DNA of 64,000 bases from Roseibacillus sp. (GTDB lineage: Bacteria > Verrucomicrobiota > Verrucomicrobiia > Verrucomicrobiales > Akkermansiaceae). The notes below the pieces were generated by a model that did no database searches, was not told the origin of the DNA, and saw nothing but the letters and a program-made list of their open reading frames with translations. A program made the translations under genes and the position numbers. The stretch covers positions 224,001-288,000 of the forward strand of contig CBDEUM010000034.1 of NCBI GenBank assembly GCA_965242925.1. The letters are read 5' to 3'. This document shows, piece by piece, positions 61,999 through 64,000 of this stretch; the first letter of the stretch is position 1; every line of letters starts with the position of its first letter.

Positions 61999-63375
61999 TT
62001 ACCTGCGCTTGGGCCTTGTCCCCCGCTTCCTTCCGGCGGTTTTCTGCGTTGCCGCTCCGATCTCTTCAAGAAAACCGGTTAACATGGCGTCAAGCTTCCG
62101 CCTCTGCTCGGGATTCCGACCGGAAATATCATGGGATTCCGACAGGTCCTTTGACAGGTCGAAGAGTTCGAGTCGTCCCTTCTCCCAGTTCTTGACCAGC
62201 TTGAGCTCGCCGAACCGGATTGCCGAAATGGCCGTCCGGTCGACAGCCTGGTGAAAAACCAGGAAGGGTCTCGCGCGATGGATCACACCCTTCCCGGCAT
62301 TGTGAAGCACGGGTCGCATCGATCCCCCATCAATGGATTCCGGCAATGGTCTCCTGTAGCCGGCCAGGTCAGCAAGGGTTGGGAGAATATCGAGACCCGT
62401 CACCGGCACCGTGCTGACCGATCCGGGTTTCACGCCCGGACCCAGCACAATATAGGGCACCCGGATCCCTCCCTCATAAAACGAATGTTTACCATCCCGC
62501 AGAGGGGCATTACGTGCTTCCTTCGCCTTGGGAGCCTTCGGGATGGCATTGCGCCCTCCATTGTCGGAAAGAAAGATGAGGTAGGTGTTCTTGAGGAGCT
62601 TGAGCTCTATCAACCTGTCAAGAATGCGCCCGATGGAAGTATCCATGTCGGCTGTCATCGCGGCAAACTCCGGCATCCTGTGCTTACGTCCGGCAGGCCT
62701 CTTGCTGATATGATCGAAGGTTGCCTGGTTGTAGAAGACGTCCAGATGGACCGCGTAGTGCGAAAGCTGCAGGTAAAACTGGTTGCCCGAAGCATGCTGG
62801 CTGCTGATGAAATCCAGGGCCCGTCCCGTGATGGTATCGATCCGCTTCGGATCCGGTCTTGCCGCCGGTCCGCCCGTCCCCTTCGATCCCCCGGTGCCGT
62901 TCCCGGTGTATCCATCCGACACATCGTATCCCTGCTGACCGGGTGTCACTTCATCATAGCGGTGATCCCATTTCCCAAAGTGCGCGGTCTGATACCTGGC
63001 ATGCACGGACTTGAGCATCCGGGGAATGTTCAACTGGCGGAGATAGGTGGCGGTCCACCCATCCCGGTCGGAATGATATTCGTGTCGAGCGGGGGTCTGC
63101 CCGGTCTGGATCGATCTGCGGGTGGGGCAGCATGATGCCGCCGGGGAATAGCCCTGAGTGAAACGCATCCCCATCTCTGCGAGACGTTCGATATGCGGAG
63201 TCTGGAAGTAATCACTGCGGGTGCGAGCGTCCTCCGGAATGATCTGCAGGGAGCTCCCCACCCAGCTCTGATCATCGGTCAGGATCACCACGAAATTCGG
63301 GTGGTCCGCTCCGTATCCGGAGAACCGGGTGAGCAACTGGATCATCAGAACCGCAAGGAAGGTCCGGCCTTTCAT
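61999..63375 (-). CDS. Sulfatase (Cys-type, S1 family)
   Basis: LTDDQ, CCPTRRSIQTG, GKW, LSDNGG, YEGGIRVP; start placed at MKGRT, with ATGA overlap with the upstream gene. Confidence 0.92.
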   Translation of the reverse strand: MKGRTFLAVLMIQLLTRFSGYGADHPNFVVILTDDQSWVGSSLQIIPEDARTRSDYFQTPHIERLAEMGMRFTQGYSPAASCCPTRRSIQTGQTPARHEYHSDRDGWTATYLRQLNIPRMLKSVHARYQTAHFGKWDHRYDEVTPGQQGYDVSDGYTGNGTGGSKGTGGPAARPDPKRIDTITGRALDFISSQHASGNQFYLQLSHYAVHLDVFYNQATFDHISKRPAGRKHRMPEFAAMTADMDTSIGRILDRLIELKLLKNTYLIFLSDNGGRNAIPKAPKAKEARNAPLRDGKHSFYEGGIRVPYIVLGPGVKPGSVSTVPVTGLDILPTLADLAGYRRPLPESIDGGSMRPVLHNAGKGVIHRARPFLVFHQAVDRTAISAIRFGELKLVKNWEKGRLELFDLSKDLSESHDISGRNPEQRRKLDAMLTGFLEEIGAATQKTAGRKRGTRPKRR

Positions 63376-64000
63376 TTTCGCGATTCCTTTCGTTTCGTCC
63401 CGCTCTTCTGTTTCTCTGAAGCAAGCGCCCACCCATGACCACTGGGAATGCCGGGCTCCCTTTGCTGGATCTTCGGAATGCTTCCAAGGGGTTCGAGCGT
63501 CCTGGCCCAGGCCGCGTGTCGCTCGGCCAATTGCTTGACGATGTCCGGATGCTTGCCCGCGACGTCCTGTTCTTCCTTCGGGTCAGTCTTGAGATCAAAC
63601 AGCTGCCACGGGTCCTTGTCATATTTCTTGTAGAGTCGCCAGTCCTGCCAGCGGACGGCGATCAGGTGCCGGCGCACGGCGTCACCGGGTTCGTTGTTGA
63701 GCCAGAAGAGGTGTTCGTGGGGCTCTCCTTCTCTCTTGCCATTGAGATACGGAATGAGATCCACGCCGTCGCAATGCCTGGGAATTGTCCCGGTGGCCAA
63801 CGATGCGATCGTTGCATAGAAGTCGAAGTTGGCGATCAGTCGGCGGTAATCCTTTCCCTTGGGAATGACACCAGGCATGGAAAAGATGGTCGGCACGCGC
63901 ACCCAGCCTTCCTGCTGGGTGCCCTGCCCTTTGCCTCCCCGGTAAGGAGTGGACAGGCCGCCCTCGCCTCCGCTGGCCCCGTTGTCGCTGGAGAAGATGA
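63372..64000 (-). CDS. Sulfatase, C-terminal part (5' end outside the window)
   Basis: Frame is open to the window edge: FSSDNGA...PYRGGKG...EGWVRVP, DGVDL, LFDL.TDP.E..D. Confidence 0.88.
   Translation of the reverse strand, partial: IFSSDNGASGGEGGLSTPYRGGKGQGTQQEGWVRVPTIFSMPGVIPKGKDYRRLIANFDFYATIASLATGTIPRHCDGVDLIPYLNGKREGEPHEHLFWLNNEPGDAVRRHLIAVRWQDWRLYKKYDKDPWQLFDLKTDPKEEQDVAGKHPDIVKQLAERHAAWARTLEPLGSIPKIQQREPGIPSGHGWALASEKQKSGTKRKESRK

Noticed and set aside
63961..63971. CCCTCGCCTCC identical to the tmRNA 3' end (29031-29041), a possible attR
   Set aside because: Only 11 nt, flanks do not match, and it lies inside a sulfatase coding frame (GGEG codons); likely chance.

Overview
Bacterial DNA, GC-rich, with gene content typical of Verrucomicrobiota/PVC (inferred from gene families, not from a marker gene). 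Left part (1-29 kb) looks like backbone. It holds the 5' part of a probable alpha-2-macroglobulin gene, DUF3820-dinB, and a VIT-vWA/vWA/OmpR-regulator/histidine-kinase cluster. It also holds a Planctomycetes/Verrucomicrobia-type bacterial microcompartment (BMC) locus for lactaldehyde from fucose/rhamnose with a divergent DeoR regulator, an amidohydrolase plus hexaheme cytochrome c pair, rhamnulokinase plus FMN lactate dehydrogenase, several housekeeping genes and tmRNA (tag ADSNELALAA). Right part (29-64 kb) is an accessory glycan/sulfate region, all on the minus strand except katG. It has a GH95-like DUF5703 protein, a Gfo/Idh/MocA plus DUF1080 pair, five sulfatase domains, a metallophosphoesterase, an esterase, a divergent PurC-like gene and three DUF1552 (HXXSHH) + DUF1592-type diheme protein pairs. 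The most notable observations are four. (1) Each of the three diheme scaffolds carries a different glycan-related module (fused sulfatase, F5/8C-like insert, PA14 insert). (2) A ~1609-aa propeller/cytochrome/cupredoxin mosaic gene is split by one extra base and contains two copies of an unnamed ~70-aa domain. (3) A shared GTAAAG-N3-TCGTAAA direct-repeat box lies upstream of both the macroglobulin and VIT-vWA genes. (4) katG has a structured leader. All family calls come from motif recognition by eye; no searches were run.
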